Origin: a virus | DNA: 64,000 nt | IMG/VR virus record: IMGVR_UViG_3300036715_001783 | Location: 16,695-80,694 of that record | Reading direction: 5' to 3' (one strand) | Shown: positions 1 to 8,638 of the stretch, one piece after another | Layout of the letters: every line of letters begins with the position of its first letter | Numbering within the stretch: position 1 is the stretch's first letter | Notes under the pieces: model-generated | What the model was told of the DNA's origin: nothing | Database searches by the model: none | Seen by the model: the letters and a program-made list of their open reading frames with translations, nothing else | Position numbers and translations under genes: made by a program

Positions 1-68
1 CAAGATGATAACTTGAAACAGCTGCATTAATCAGCATCAGCTTCCCTATTAATTTTAATTATTAGGAG

Positions 69-392
69 ATGAATATGAGTGAACGACACCCATACACAGT
101 TATTATTGAAGGAGATGAGGGCGATGGTGATTATATCACTCACGAATTTGCTGCAACTGATGTTGATATGGCCTTATTGGTTAAATTTGTGGAATTAGCT
201 AGACCATTAAGAGGTAAGTTTCTTATTGGTGATTGTAGAATTAATGGGTCTAATCCAGAAGATATATATCCATCTTTGACGACCATTGAATTAGAACGAC
301 TTGCTGATATGTTCCCTTGTGGCGAACATGGAATACACCAAGTTCGATCTATTAAATTTGCACCCATTGTTAACTGGGTGGAAATGTTATAA
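69..392 (+). CDS. hypothetical phage protein
   Basis: 107-aa ORF with AGGAG RBS. Confidence 0.7.
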   Translation: MNMSERHPYTVIIEGDEGDGDYITHEFAATDVDMALLVKFVELARPLRGKFLIGDCRINGSNPEDIYPSLTTIELERLADMFPCGEHGIHQVRSIKFAPIVNWVEML

Positions 393-400
393 CCAAATAT

Positions 401-478
401 AAACTGTTGCACTGCACCGAAGGGTTACTTCACATATAATGAAACCAAACACCCTTTACCGCAATTATATCTCAGTTT
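401..478 (+). ncRNA. candidate Y-like (Ro60-binding) small RNA
   Basis: Nested pairings AAACTG/CAGTTT, TTGC/GCAA, AAGGGT/ACCCTT, TTCA-7nt-TGAA; CCGAAGG resembles the Y RNA Ro-binding strand; Ro60 gene 6.6 kb downstream. Confidence 0.4.
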
Positions 479-481
479 TAT

Positions 482-553
482 TCCAGCTAAATCACAAGGT
501 GTGATACTCGACTGTTAATCGATTTAAGCCAGGTTCGATTCCTGGAGTTGGAG
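482..553 (+). tRNA. tRNA-Asn(GTT)
   Basis: Acceptor TCCAGCT/AGTTGGA, anticodon arm TCGA-CTGTTAA-TCGA, T arm CCAGG-TTCGATT-CCTGG; no encoded CCA. Confidence 0.85.
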
Positions 554-578
554 CATACATTAATTTTAGGAGACACAA

Positions 579-920
579 ATGAGTAAAGTGGATCATTATA
601 AAGGTACAATTGTAAAAATACCTGATTTAGTTGGTAAATCGTTTACAGAATCGATTGATTGGTTGTTAGCTAATGGTCATGAGATTGAAGACTTCGAACT
701 TGAAGATGAATACATGAGTGATCCTAATGTGGTTGTTGTGAATGGTGAGTTTTATTTTATAACAAGAACAGAGCTGGATGACGATGATGATATTTTGTAT
801 GCAAAGTCAATTCCAGGTGGATATGAATTTGATGTGAAGTATTATAACGGTGGTGTAAGTTTTGACGAAGCACTAGAGGATGCAGTAATAGCTGCAACCA
901 ACCGGGAGATGTCTGAATGA
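579..920 (+). CDS. hypothetical acidic protein
   Basis: ORF with AGGAG RBS. Confidence 0.7.
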   Translation: MSKVDHYKGTIVKIPDLVGKSFTESIDWLLANGHEIEDFELEDEYMSDPNVVVVNGEFYFITRTELDDDDDILYAKSIPGGYEFDVKYYNGGVSFDEALEDAVIAATNREMSE

Positions 921-1264
921 ATCATTTAATAGCGCAAGCAATTGTAGTTGCAGTTGTAATATTTTTACTGTACAAAGGAGCAAAAAACGCTCCATTGCAA
1001 ATTACACCTAAACCACAAAAAACCGAATCAAAATTGTTACCAGTATTTTTTGCGTCTGGTGGTGGACAGACAACTCCTATTCATTTTACAAGTTTGGAAG
1101 AATTAAGAACTCATCCAATGTTTGATATTTGGAACAGTGAGTATGTGCTTAAACAACCCGAAGACAGTGTTAGTGTTTTCATGGTAAAAGAGGGCGATGA
1201 AGTATCTGAAGGTACAGTGGTCGGTTGGTTAGTTGAAATATCAACTAAACGATATTTTTCATAA
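917..1264 (+). CDS. hypothetical protein, N-terminal membrane anchor
   Basis: ATGA overlap with previous gene; hydrophobic N-terminus. Confidence 0.65.
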   Translation: MNHLIAQAIVVAVVIFLLYKGAKNAPLQITPKPQKTESKLLPVFFASGGGQTTPIHFTSLEELRTHPMFDIWNSEYVLKQPEDSVSVFMVKEGDEVSEGTVVGWLVEISTKRYFS

Positions 1265-1273
1265 TATAACGAT

Positions 1274-1326
1274 CATTGGTGCAGCACATCTGTTAAACCA
1301 AGCTGGTTTGAGTCCAGAGGCCAATG
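1274..1326 (+). pseudogene. truncated tRNA-like remnant
   Basis: CATTGGT/GCCAATG ends, CTGTTAA anticodon-like loop, CTGG-TTTGAGT-CCAG T-arm; no D arm. Confidence 0.45.
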
Positions 1327-1359
1327 TTAGTTAATTTTTCAATTTTTAGGAGATATTAT

Positions 1360-1593
1360 ATGTGGTTTTTAGTTTGGATTTTAGTAACAACAGTTGGTGG
1401 GTTTTACTTTGGGCTTGATGTTGCTCCACCAGGGTCTGGTATGGAATGGGTTGGGGCAATTGTAGGCTTTGTGGTTGGGTTGTTGTTGTGGGTAATGTTT
1501 AAAGCTGCTTCTGGCGAATCACTTGGAGATGCATTTGGTAGCATCGGTGAATCATTTGGTGGTGATGGTTTTGGTGATGGTGGCGGTGATTAG
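1360..1593 (+). CDS. small membrane protein with Gly-rich tail
   Basis: Two hydrophobic segments; AGGAG RBS before ATG 1360. Confidence 0.65.
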   Translation: MWFLVWILVTTVGGFYFGLDVAPPGSGMEWVGAIVGFVVGLLLWVMFKAASGESLGDAFGSIGESFGGDGFGDGGGD

Positions 1594-1646
1594 TTCAACA
1601 CATTACTTTTATAATTAGGAGATGCAAATGCATAAGTAAAAAATCG

Positions 1647-2081
1647 ATGATACTTCTAGCCTTGGTTAGTGTTGTGACAGTATTAAGTGGGTGTAAACCA
1701 GACCAACGATTTGACCATAGTACTTCAACCGCTGGTGCTCGAACATATGTGCAGTTTATCACAACAGTATTGGGGTGTTCCATTTACAAAGTGGTTGTTG
1801 AAGGTCCTACGTCAGATTTGTTTATCACTGTGTGCGACGACTCAACAAAAGCCTCTGCAGTTTCTTATATGAGTGGCAAGACTCCAGTGCATGTGGTATC
1901 AGGAAATACCCCATCTCCAACATCCACCGTGGTTCCCACCACGGTGGATACTTCATTGGATTTTAGCACAGAAGAAAAGAAAGTATTAGACCAAGCAGAC
2001 CAAATCCGTCACAAGTTTGAAATATTAGATAGGTTGTCCACAGAAGACAAGGCAACTTTAGGATTTGCAGTAAAAAAATAG
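1647..2081 (+). CDS. putative lipoprotein
   Basis: Lipobox LSGC after a hydrophobic signal. Confidence 0.6.
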   Translation: MILLALVSVVTVLSGCKPDQRFDHSTSTAGARTYVQFITTVLGCSIYKVVVEGPTSDLFITVCDDSTKASAVSYMSGKTPVHVVSGNTPSPTSTVVPTTVDTSLDFSTEEKKVLDQADQIRHKFEILDRLSTEDKATLGFAVKK

Positions 2082-2088
2082 CAACAAC

Positions 2089-2162
2089 GTCCATGTAGCT
2101 CAACAGGATAGAGCAAGACTCTTCTAAAGTCTAGGTTGGTGGATCGTGCCCACTCGTGGATG
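2089..2162 (+). tRNA. tRNA-Arg(TCT), non-canonical T loop
   Basis: Acceptor GTCCATG/CGTGGAT, D arm GCTC-AACAGGATA-GAGC, anticodon AGACT-CTTCTAA-AGTCT, T loop ATCGTGC. Confidence 0.85.
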
Positions 2163-3020
2163 CTAAGGTATGTGTAAAAGTTGTTTGATCTCAGGTAGTT
2201 TTTGTTGTGATTGATATTCCCGATGAGTAACTCGAACAACTTTCCAACCTCTACCAGTCAAATAATCATCTCTAATATCGTCCAATTGTTTTCGTTTTTT
2301 GTGGTGTGAACCATCTAATTCTATTATTAATTTTAATTTTGGAAATACAAAATCTGCCCATCCATTCTTTTTTGTATCTGGATTAAAAAATCTAACTTCC
2401 ATAAGATAACCAGATAAACTATTAGTATAATTGTGGCTAATTAACCACTGCTCAAAAGAGTGTTCCATATAAGATTGTTGATGTGGTCCTCTGATGTGTT
2501 TTCTATTTGAAACCAACCAAATAGACATCAATCTGGAGTTTCGTATTTTCATACACTCCATAGAACACAAAATGCGGTGTTTGTTTTCAGCTATAAAGCC
2601 GCCCCCACATTCAGCACATATTAGAGAATGTTCGATTTTGGATTTAATTGGCCTAATTTTTTGCTTTAGTGTGGCAGATCTTTTTGTTTTTGATTCACTG
2701 GTGTGTATTCGGGTTGTATTATTTGTAATGGTGGCACATGACCTGGAGCAGAAATTGTTGCCAGATACACTAATGTTACACTGCCTTACTGTTATGTATT
2801 TTCCACAGTTGTGACATTGTATAGTTATTGGGGGCAATTTAATTGTAATTGGTAAGTTAGCCGCTGTTAATGCATCGTTCCAAGATCCAAATCTTTGTCT
2901 AATTACAATGGGGGATATGCCTAACTGAGAGGCAGTTAAATTACAAGTTGGAACTTTGTTCGTTGTGTTGTAATAATCAACTAAACATTGTATAATAGCT
3001 TCATTGGTAAATTTTACCAT
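2163..3020 (-). CDS. free-standing endonuclease (Zn-finger repeats + DUF559/Vsr-like domain)
   Basis: RFGSWNDAL repeat, CxxC..CSxxC fingers, ADF...IIELDGSHH...D.YL...GW C-terminus; TATAAATA upstream on minus strand. Confidence 0.75.
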   Translation of the reverse strand: MVKFTNEAIIQCLVDYYNTTNKVPTCNLTASQLGISPIVIRQRFGSWNDALTAANLPITIKLPPITIQCHNCGKYITVRQCNISVSGNNFCSRSCATITNNTTRIHTSESKTKRSATLKQKIRPIKSKIEHSLICAECGGGFIAENKHRILCSMECMKIRNSRLMSIWLVSNRKHIRGPHQQSYMEHSFEQWLISHNYTNSLSGYLMEVRFFNPDTKKNGWADFVFPKLKLIIELDGSHHKKRKQLDDIRDDYLTGRGWKVVRVTHREYQSQQKLPEIKQLLHIP

Positions 3021-3063
3021 ACATAATCCTTCGAGTGACTGTGTATATTTATAACTATCAGCA

Positions 3064-3092
3064 GGTCTTGGTTCGATTCCACTCGTGGATGC
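3064..3092 (+). repeat. duplicated tRNA-Arg 3' end
   Basis: GGTTCGATTCCACTCGTGGATGC; 14 bp (3079-3092) identical to 2150-2163. Confidence 0.8.
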
Positions 3093-3130
3093 ATAGTTTT
3101 ATTCCCCAGTTATTTCAATAGGTCATTTTT

Positions 3131-3874
3131 ATGAATCGTCCAGCATTATATGTTCAAGCAGCTCCTTACAATAACAATTTAGCATTTGACTTTTGTTACT
3201 CAGCAAAGTTAGGAGCACAGGAAGCTGGAATTGAAGTATCTCATTTTGCCAACATTGTTGATGTTCCTCCTTCTCCATATAATATCATTGTGGGTTCTGT
3301 TGAAGTATGTACACAATGGTTGGCTCAATCTAGTTTTACTGTTCCCCCTGTAATAGATCTATTATTATTTAAAGATTTCCTTGGAAGACAAGTTGAAGTC
3401 TTGCCTATTTCCCAAGTCAACATTCCCGCCTTTATTAAACCTGCTTATCAACACAAAGCATTCACGGGCTTCATTGCTGATAGCAACTTAGCATTAGCAG
3501 TATGGAGTGAGGGATTTCAAGGTGACGTAATTTCACAACAAATCATCGATATTAAAAGCGAATATCGCATGTATATCAATTGCCAAAAGATTATTGGAAT
3601 GAAACACTATAGTGGGGATTGTCTTTTGTTTCCCAATAGCCAGTTCATTACGTCTTGTGTTGAAAAATCATATGAATTGTTGGATAATCATTCGTATACT
3701 CTTGATTTTGGAGTATTAGAAGATGGGACAACTGTCCTTATTGAACCAAATGATGGGTGGGCTGTAGGAAATTATGGTTTGGACCCACTTGACTATTATT
3801 ATTTTGTTCGTAATAGATGGTTACAATTAACAGGTGTACGAACACGAATGGAGCATAATTTACATGGCAGATAA
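3131..3874 (+). CDS. ATP-grasp domain protein (DUF4343/R2K-like)
   Basis: FIKP...K.FTG, SEYR, YTLDFG...LIEPNDGW..G.YG motifs. Confidence 0.75.
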   Translation: MNRPALYVQAAPYNNNLAFDFCYSAKLGAQEAGIEVSHFANIVDVPPSPYNIIVGSVEVCTQWLAQSSFTVPPVIDLLLFKDFLGRQVEVLPISQVNIPAFIKPAYQHKAFTGFIADSNLALAVWSEGFQGDVISQQIIDIKSEYRMYINCQKIIGMKHYSGDCLLFPNSQFITSCVEKSYELLDNHSYTLDFGVLEDGTTVLIEPNDGWAVGNYGLDPLDYYYFVRNRWLQLTGVRTRMEHNLHGR

Positions 3875-3910
3875 CATTTATCCCAGAAAACCAGAATAAG
3901 GAAACATACA

Positions 3911-4297
3911 ATGGAACTTAACGTATTACACGACCAAGAGATTTTAGTAATTGATCGACCTACTATTACAGGGCGAATATTTCCTCTACAAGTGTGTCAA
4001 GATATCGTGGACAAGTTTGAGGGGTGCTTTGGTCAACTTGGCATGTCGGATGACGGTAGGGTCAAAGTTGAATCTATTTCACACAAAGTAATTAACTTAC
4101 GGATTGTCGACAATCAAATAATTGGTGATGTAAAAATTCTGAACACACCATTGGGACAAATTCTTCAAGAATTACATCCTGATCAGTATAATTTTAGAAT
4201 AGCTGGTTTTTGTCATTATAAAAATGGCACATCAGAAGTTGCAGATTATCAGTTAATATCTATTAATGCGGTGAGTGTGTATGAAGTTTTGTGTTAA
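3911..4297 (+). CDS. prohead protease (T4 gp21)-like paralog, probably inactive
   Basis: GRIFP, SHKVINL...G.VKILNTPLGQIL; lacks the GELDHP His and the SSRG Ser. Confidence 0.6.
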   Translation: MELNVLHDQEILVIDRPTITGRIFPLQVCQDIVDKFEGCFGQLGMSDDGRVKVESISHKVINLRIVDNQIIGDVKILNTPLGQILQELHPDQYNFRIAGFCHYKNGTSEVADYQLISINAVSVYEVLC

Positions 4298-4466
4298 CGA
4301 AGTGGAATATGACCTAGGTTGGGGGTCAAGAGTATTAGACACCAAAGAATTTGATACTCTACAAGAAGCAAATGATTATATCGCAGAATTTAACTCACAA
4401 AACACCTGTGATCGTGTACCTGATTGGTATATGGTGGCAGTATTAGCCGGAGACTTATATGGATAA
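4281..4466 (+). CDS. hypothetical protein
   Basis: ORF; EYDLGWG...DWY motif typical of small phage proteins. Confidence 0.6.
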   Translation: MKFCVNEVEYDLGWGSRVLDTKEFDTLQEANDYIAEFNSQNTCDRVPDWYMVAVLAGDLYG

Positions 4467-4830
4467 AAATCCAGTTACCCCATTACAAATGTTATTCATT
4501 AGGGCGTGTAAATCTAATAACCCACAAAAACGATTACAGCGATTGTATCATGCTTTTTATGGGTGTTCTATAGATATCCCACAAGCTGAACTGAATATGC
4601 ACATTAGTAATAATTTAATGGACATTTGTGAACGGTATGAATTAACCAAACTCAGGGATGTGATGGCAGTAATGAACCCATCTCATTATATATCTCGGGG
4701 ATATGCGCCTGATACTCCATATTGGGAGATGGTAAGTATTACCATGTCCAATGTTATTAGATTTACAGAAGTTAAACAATTTCCTGGAATGCGATTACCT
4801 CGAAAATTCAGGACCCCCACAAGCTCATAG
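4459..4830 (+). CDS. hypothetical protein
   Basis: Overlapping ORF in operon. Confidence 0.65.
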   Translation: MDKNPVTPLQMLFIRACKSNNPQKRLQRLYHAFYGCSIDIPQAELNMHISNNLMDICERYELTKLRDVMAVMNPSHYISRGYAPDTPYWEMVSITMSNVIRFTEVKQFPGMRLPRKFRTPTSS

Positions 4831-4839
4831 GATGAACAA

Positions 4840-5277
4840 ATGTCAATACCAAAACAAGTAATAGTTATGAGAACTGATTTAAGAAATCAGGAAGGACATA
4901 AAATTAGAACTGGAAAATTAATTGCCCAAGGAGCGCATGCGTCCATGAAGGCAATTTTAGATGTTGGAACTGTTGTTCGCACGCATCCACAAGAAGATAA
5001 TCAAATGTTAATAATTGATATTACACCAGCACATTATCCTGAACGGTATGGGTGGCTAACAGACAAATTCACAAAAGTGTGTGTTAGTGTTAAGTCTGAA
5101 GAAGAATTATTAGCAATACATCAAGCAGCAGTAGATGCTGGTATTAAATGCACGTCTTTAATATTGGACGCTGGGTTAACAGAATTTGGTGGAGTTGCAA
5201 CATATACTTGTTGTGCAATAGGACCAGATTTCCCAGAAAATATCGATCCCATTACATCCCATTTGAAGTTATTTTGA
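4840..5277 (+). CDS. pth2: peptidyl-tRNA hydrolase, Pth2 family
   Basis: KQVIVMRTDL, GKLIAQGAHAS, DAGLTEF, TCCAIGP, ID.IT.HLKL. Confidence 0.92.
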   Translation: MSIPKQVIVMRTDLRNQEGHKIRTGKLIAQGAHASMKAILDVGTVVRTHPQEDNQMLIIDITPAHYPERYGWLTDKFTKVCVSVKSEEELLAIHQAAVDAGIKCTSLILDAGLTEFGGVATYTCCAIGPDFPENIDPITSHLKLF

Positions 5278-5430
5278 TATGGTGTAATTCCAGTTCCAAT
5301 ATGGGCTATTTAGTCTAACCATTATAGTAGATCGGTGTATGCCCAACGCATCTATTGCGTCTCTAACAGATTCAAACAGTACCCCATCTATATTAACTTG
5401 TTTTCTTAGGTGGGAGTGGCTTTCTGACAT
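5269..5430 (-). pseudogene. homing endonuclease remnant (NUMOD1-type HTH)
   Basis: Minus strand reads MSESH.. then, after a frameshift, DGVLFESVRDAIDALGIHRSTIMVRLNS..W.Y; CATAAATA promoter at 5452-5459. Confidence 0.55.
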
Positions 5431-5469
5431 TTGGGGTTTTTGTGTATTACGTATTTATGAAAGTTAGAG

Positions 5470-5497
5470 TTGACATAATATAGAAATGCTGTATAAT
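5470..5497 (+). promoter_or_regulatory. sigma70-type promoter
   Basis: TTGACA-16-TATAAT; similar sites at 6240, 6972, 28007, 52057, 55861. Confidence 0.75.
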
Positions 5498-5520
5498 ATA
5501 ATTTTTAACAGGAGTAAAAT

Positions 5521-5760
5521 ATGAGTACAATTACTATCAATGTGTGTGGGACCTCCGGCACTGGAAAGACAACAATAGCCTATCTACTTGCAGACTTTTT
5601 AAGCAACACTGGATTTGCGACAGAACTTAATGTCACTGAAGAGTTTGAATTAGAAACTTTCGAAGAGCATTTTGTAGACCGTCTGGAAGCACTAGAAGAA
5701 AAACAATTAAAAATTGTTGTTAATGAAGTACAATTAGCAAGGGAATCTATTCATGAATAA
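5521..5760 (+). CDS. small P-loop protein
   Basis: GTSGTGKTT Walker A. Confidence 0.65.
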   Translation: MSTITINVCGTSGTGKTTIAYLLADFLSNTGFATELNVTEEFELETFEEHFVDRLEALEEKQLKIVVNEVQLARESIHE

Positions 5761-6235
5761 TGATCTGTATACTTTCTTTTGGTCAGGAATGTTTTCACAG
5801 TGGTATGCGTCTCCATTTAAAGTAGATGGAATTCAATACAATTGTGCAGAACAATTCATGATGCACAGTAAAGCCCTGATGTTTGAGGACTATGAGACTG
5901 CTGAATTAATTATGAATACCCCTAACCCAAAAATTCAAAAGCAATTAGGTAGGCAAGTAAAGAATTTTAATGCTGATAGTTGGAATGCAGTGGCAAAAAC
6001 TGTGGTGTATATTGCTAATATTGCAAAATTCACACATAGTCCGACCCTGTTAGAAGCATTATTGGCAACAGGAGATACTTTATTGGTTGAAGCATCTCCA
6101 TATGATACCATTTGGGGCATTGGGATGGGTGAAGTAGAAGCAAGAAAAAGCACCAAAGAACAGTGGAGAGGAACTAATTGGTTGGGAGAAGTTCTTACTG
6201 CTGTTAGAGACGATATTCGTTCTGATACAGTGTAA
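5753..6235 (+). CDS. NADAR/YbiA family protein
   Basis: FSQW, AEQFMM..KA..F.D, LGRQV, LVEASPYD.IWGIG, G.NWLG..L. Confidence 0.92.
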   Translation: MNNDLYTFFWSGMFSQWYASPFKVDGIQYNCAEQFMMHSKALMFEDYETAELIMNTPNPKIQKQLGRQVKNFNADSWNAVAKTVVYIANIAKFTHSPTLLEALLATGDTLLVEASPYDTIWGIGMGEVEARKSTKEQWRGTNWLGEVLTAVRDDIRSDTV

Positions 6236-6297
6236 TTTGTTGATTTTAATGAATATTGTAGTATAATATAATTTTTAACTTGACGGAGAAATAAAAT

Positions 6298-6954
6298 ATG
6301 TTTTTAATTGAAGGTACTGGCGCTATCTTAAGTGCGATGTTTTTGAGTGGTATGTGGTCTGGGATTTTATCAGCGGTGTTTATTATTGCTGCTATTTTAT
6401 TGACAGCATCCAGAGATTTTAGTGTGGCATATGCAATATTTGTTATCTATTTAATGCTGTTTGCCTTGTTTGGGTCGGTTAACCCGTTCATGGTAATAAT
6501 TCACAATCCAGGTGATGTTATTTCATACTTTATCGGGTATTTTGTCGTAGGTGCAGCATATTCGGTCATCAAATTCTGGGATTTTGTAGCATCAGCTGTA
6601 AAAATCACAAAGACCGCAAAACAAGCGTTTATTGAGTTTCATAAATTAAAAATTGGAGTACAAGATAATATTCCAGTGGAGTACGCTGAATCCTGGACTG
6701 TATCAAGACGACAAATTTTAAGACAGTACAGTAAACACAGTTGCAACGATTTATCAGATTTTCAACCATCCAACCAAAAATCACTGATTTTAAATTGGAT
6801 TGCGTTTTGGCCATTTAGTGCTGTAGGTTTGTTTATTGCTGATCCATTGCAAGCATTGGTGGTTGGTATCTACAACCGGTTAGGTTCTGTATATGATCGC
6901 ATTTATAAGAACACTATTGCAAAAACGATCAATATGTCTGATTTGGATCAATAA
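6298..6954 (+). CDS. membrane protein
   Basis: Several hydrophobic helices, WIAFWPFS motif. Confidence 0.7.
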   Translation: MFLIEGTGAILSAMFLSGMWSGILSAVFIIAAILLTASRDFSVAYAIFVIYLMLFALFGSVNPFMVIIHNPGDVISYFIGYFVVGAAYSVIKFWDFVASAVKITKTAKQAFIEFHKLKIGVQDNIPVEYAESWTVSRRQILRQYSKHSCNDLSDFQPSNQKSLILNWIAFWPFSAVGLFIADPLQALVVGIYNRLGSVYDRIYKNTIAKTINMSDLDQ

Positions 6955-7043
6955 TTACCCCTTGTCCTATGTTGATTTTATTGTAGAGATGTGTATAATA
7001 TGCATTTCTACATTAAACAAATTTAAAATAACTCTCAAAGGAG

Positions 7044-8579
7044 ATGCACATGTCTAAACTTAACAAAGCACCAAAGAAAGTAACCAAAACTGTTGCAGTA
7101 GTTGCTGCAAAACACAATCTAACAGTTGCACATTCAGCAAACGGCAATCTACAGTTCAAAAAAGAACCACTGCAACATTTGTATGAGTTAACTGTATCCA
7201 CGTTGTTTGGTAGATCAACATTTTACCGTTCAAGTGATGCATTAGTACAAAGCTTACGAACAGAAGTACGGACTGCTGTTGAAATGGGTGCTCTTGATTT
7301 TGTCGCAAATCTTGCTATCCATGCAAGAGGTGAGATGAATATCAGAACAATTCCGATTGTTTTGGTTGTTGAATTTGCTAAAGCATTGCGTGAACAAGGT
7401 AAAACGTATCCACACTTAAGACACTTGGTTAGAGACGTTATTCAACGTGCTGATCAGATTACTGATATGTATGCTTATTCTCTTGACGTATTTGGAGAAA
7501 AAGGTAAAATCCCTATGGCCATCAAACGAGGTGTTGGTGATGCCTTCAATAATTTCGGTGAATATGCTTTTGCAAAATACAACAGAGCTGGTGCAATCAC
7601 CATTAAAGACGTGTTGCGAATTGTTCACCCTGTGGCAAACGAAGCTAAACAAGGTGCTATTTTTCAAAAAATCATTGATGAGAACCTGGAAACTCCATAC
7701 ACTTGGGAAACAGAACTGTCAAGAAACGGCCAATTACCAGAAGCTGAGCGTAAAAGCAAAGCAAAATTATGGACTGAGTTGTTGACTTCGGAAAAATTGG
7801 GATACATGGCACTGTTAAGAAACATGCGAAATATTCACGATGCAGGCGTGGCACACAATGTGGTTAAGACACATGTTGCTGATATTATTGCTGATGAACA
7901 ACGAGTTGCTGCTTCAAGACAGCTTACGTTTGATTTTTTGCAGGCCTATGATGTGATCAAACCTCTGAATTCCAGTATGGCTACTGCAGTATCAAAAGCT
8001 GTGGATATCAGTGTTAAGTACTTACCAAAAGTTGGTGAAAAAATTTGGGTAATTATTGATTACTCAGGCTCTATGAGTGGTAAAGCAATTGAAACAGCAA
8101 CGTTGTTGGCAGCAGCATTATTGAAAGCCAATGATGGATCAGAACGGTTAGCTGTAACTATGTTTGGTTCAGCAGCAAAGACCATTCATACTGTGGACAC
8201 AAATAACTCTGTGTTAGCTATCCAAAGAGAGTTGTTAACCCACCGTAGAGGGAACATTGCAGGCTCTACAGAGTTTCAAGCGGCAATGAGAGAATACCCA
8301 GGTTTAGGCTTTGTGCCTGATACCATCGTTGTGTTTACAGATGGCGAAATTAACAGATTTCACTACCCTGATTTGCAAAAAAATTCAGGCGATTCTAACA
8401 CAGTTAAACTGGTAGTTAATTTAGATGGAGCACCAACTACTCCATTCATTAAACAAGCTGGATGGTATGCAATGGCTGGCTGGACTCCTGCCATGTTTAA
8501 GTGGGTGCCTGCAATTAGAAACAAAGAAACTGTAGTGGATGCTTTATCTGGTCCATACACAGAACGAAAATCTAAGTAA
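7044..8579 (+). CDS. rsr: Ro60/Rsr TROVE domain protein with vWA domain
   Basis: FAKYNR, DVLRIVHP, TPYTWETELS, LGYMALLRNMRN, MIDAS DYSGS and FTD. Confidence 0.92.
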   Translation: MHMSKLNKAPKKVTKTVAVVAAKHNLTVAHSANGNLQFKKEPLQHLYELTVSTLFGRSTFYRSSDALVQSLRTEVRTAVEMGALDFVANLAIHARGEMNIRTIPIVLVVEFAKALREQGKTYPHLRHLVRDVIQRADQITDMYAYSLDVFGEKGKIPMAIKRGVGDAFNNFGEYAFAKYNRAGAITIKDVLRIVHPVANEAKQGAIFQKIIDENLETPYTWETELSRNGQLPEAERKSKAKLWTELLTSEKLGYMALLRNMRNIHDAGVAHNVVKTHVADIIADEQRVAASRQLTFDFLQAYDVIKPLNSSMATAVSKAVDISVKYLPKVGEKIWVIIDYSGSMSGKAIETATLLAAALLKANDGSERLAVTMFGSAAKTIHTVDTNNSVLAIQRELLTHRRGNIAGSTEFQAAMREYPGLGFVPDTIVVFTDGEINRFHYPDLQKNSGDSNTVKLVVNLDGAPTTPFIKQAGWYAMAGWTPAMFKWVPAIRNKETVVDALSGPYTERKSK

Positions 8580-8587
8580 TACCCAAC

Positions 8588-8615
8588 ACTTCACCAGAGG
8601 TCAATCTGGTGAAGT
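8588..8615 (+). terminator. hairpin after Ro60 gene
   Basis: ACTTCACCAGA/TCTGGTGAAGT stem. Confidence 0.55.
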
Positions 8616-8638
8616 TCCCTCCTATTAAGGACAATAAC

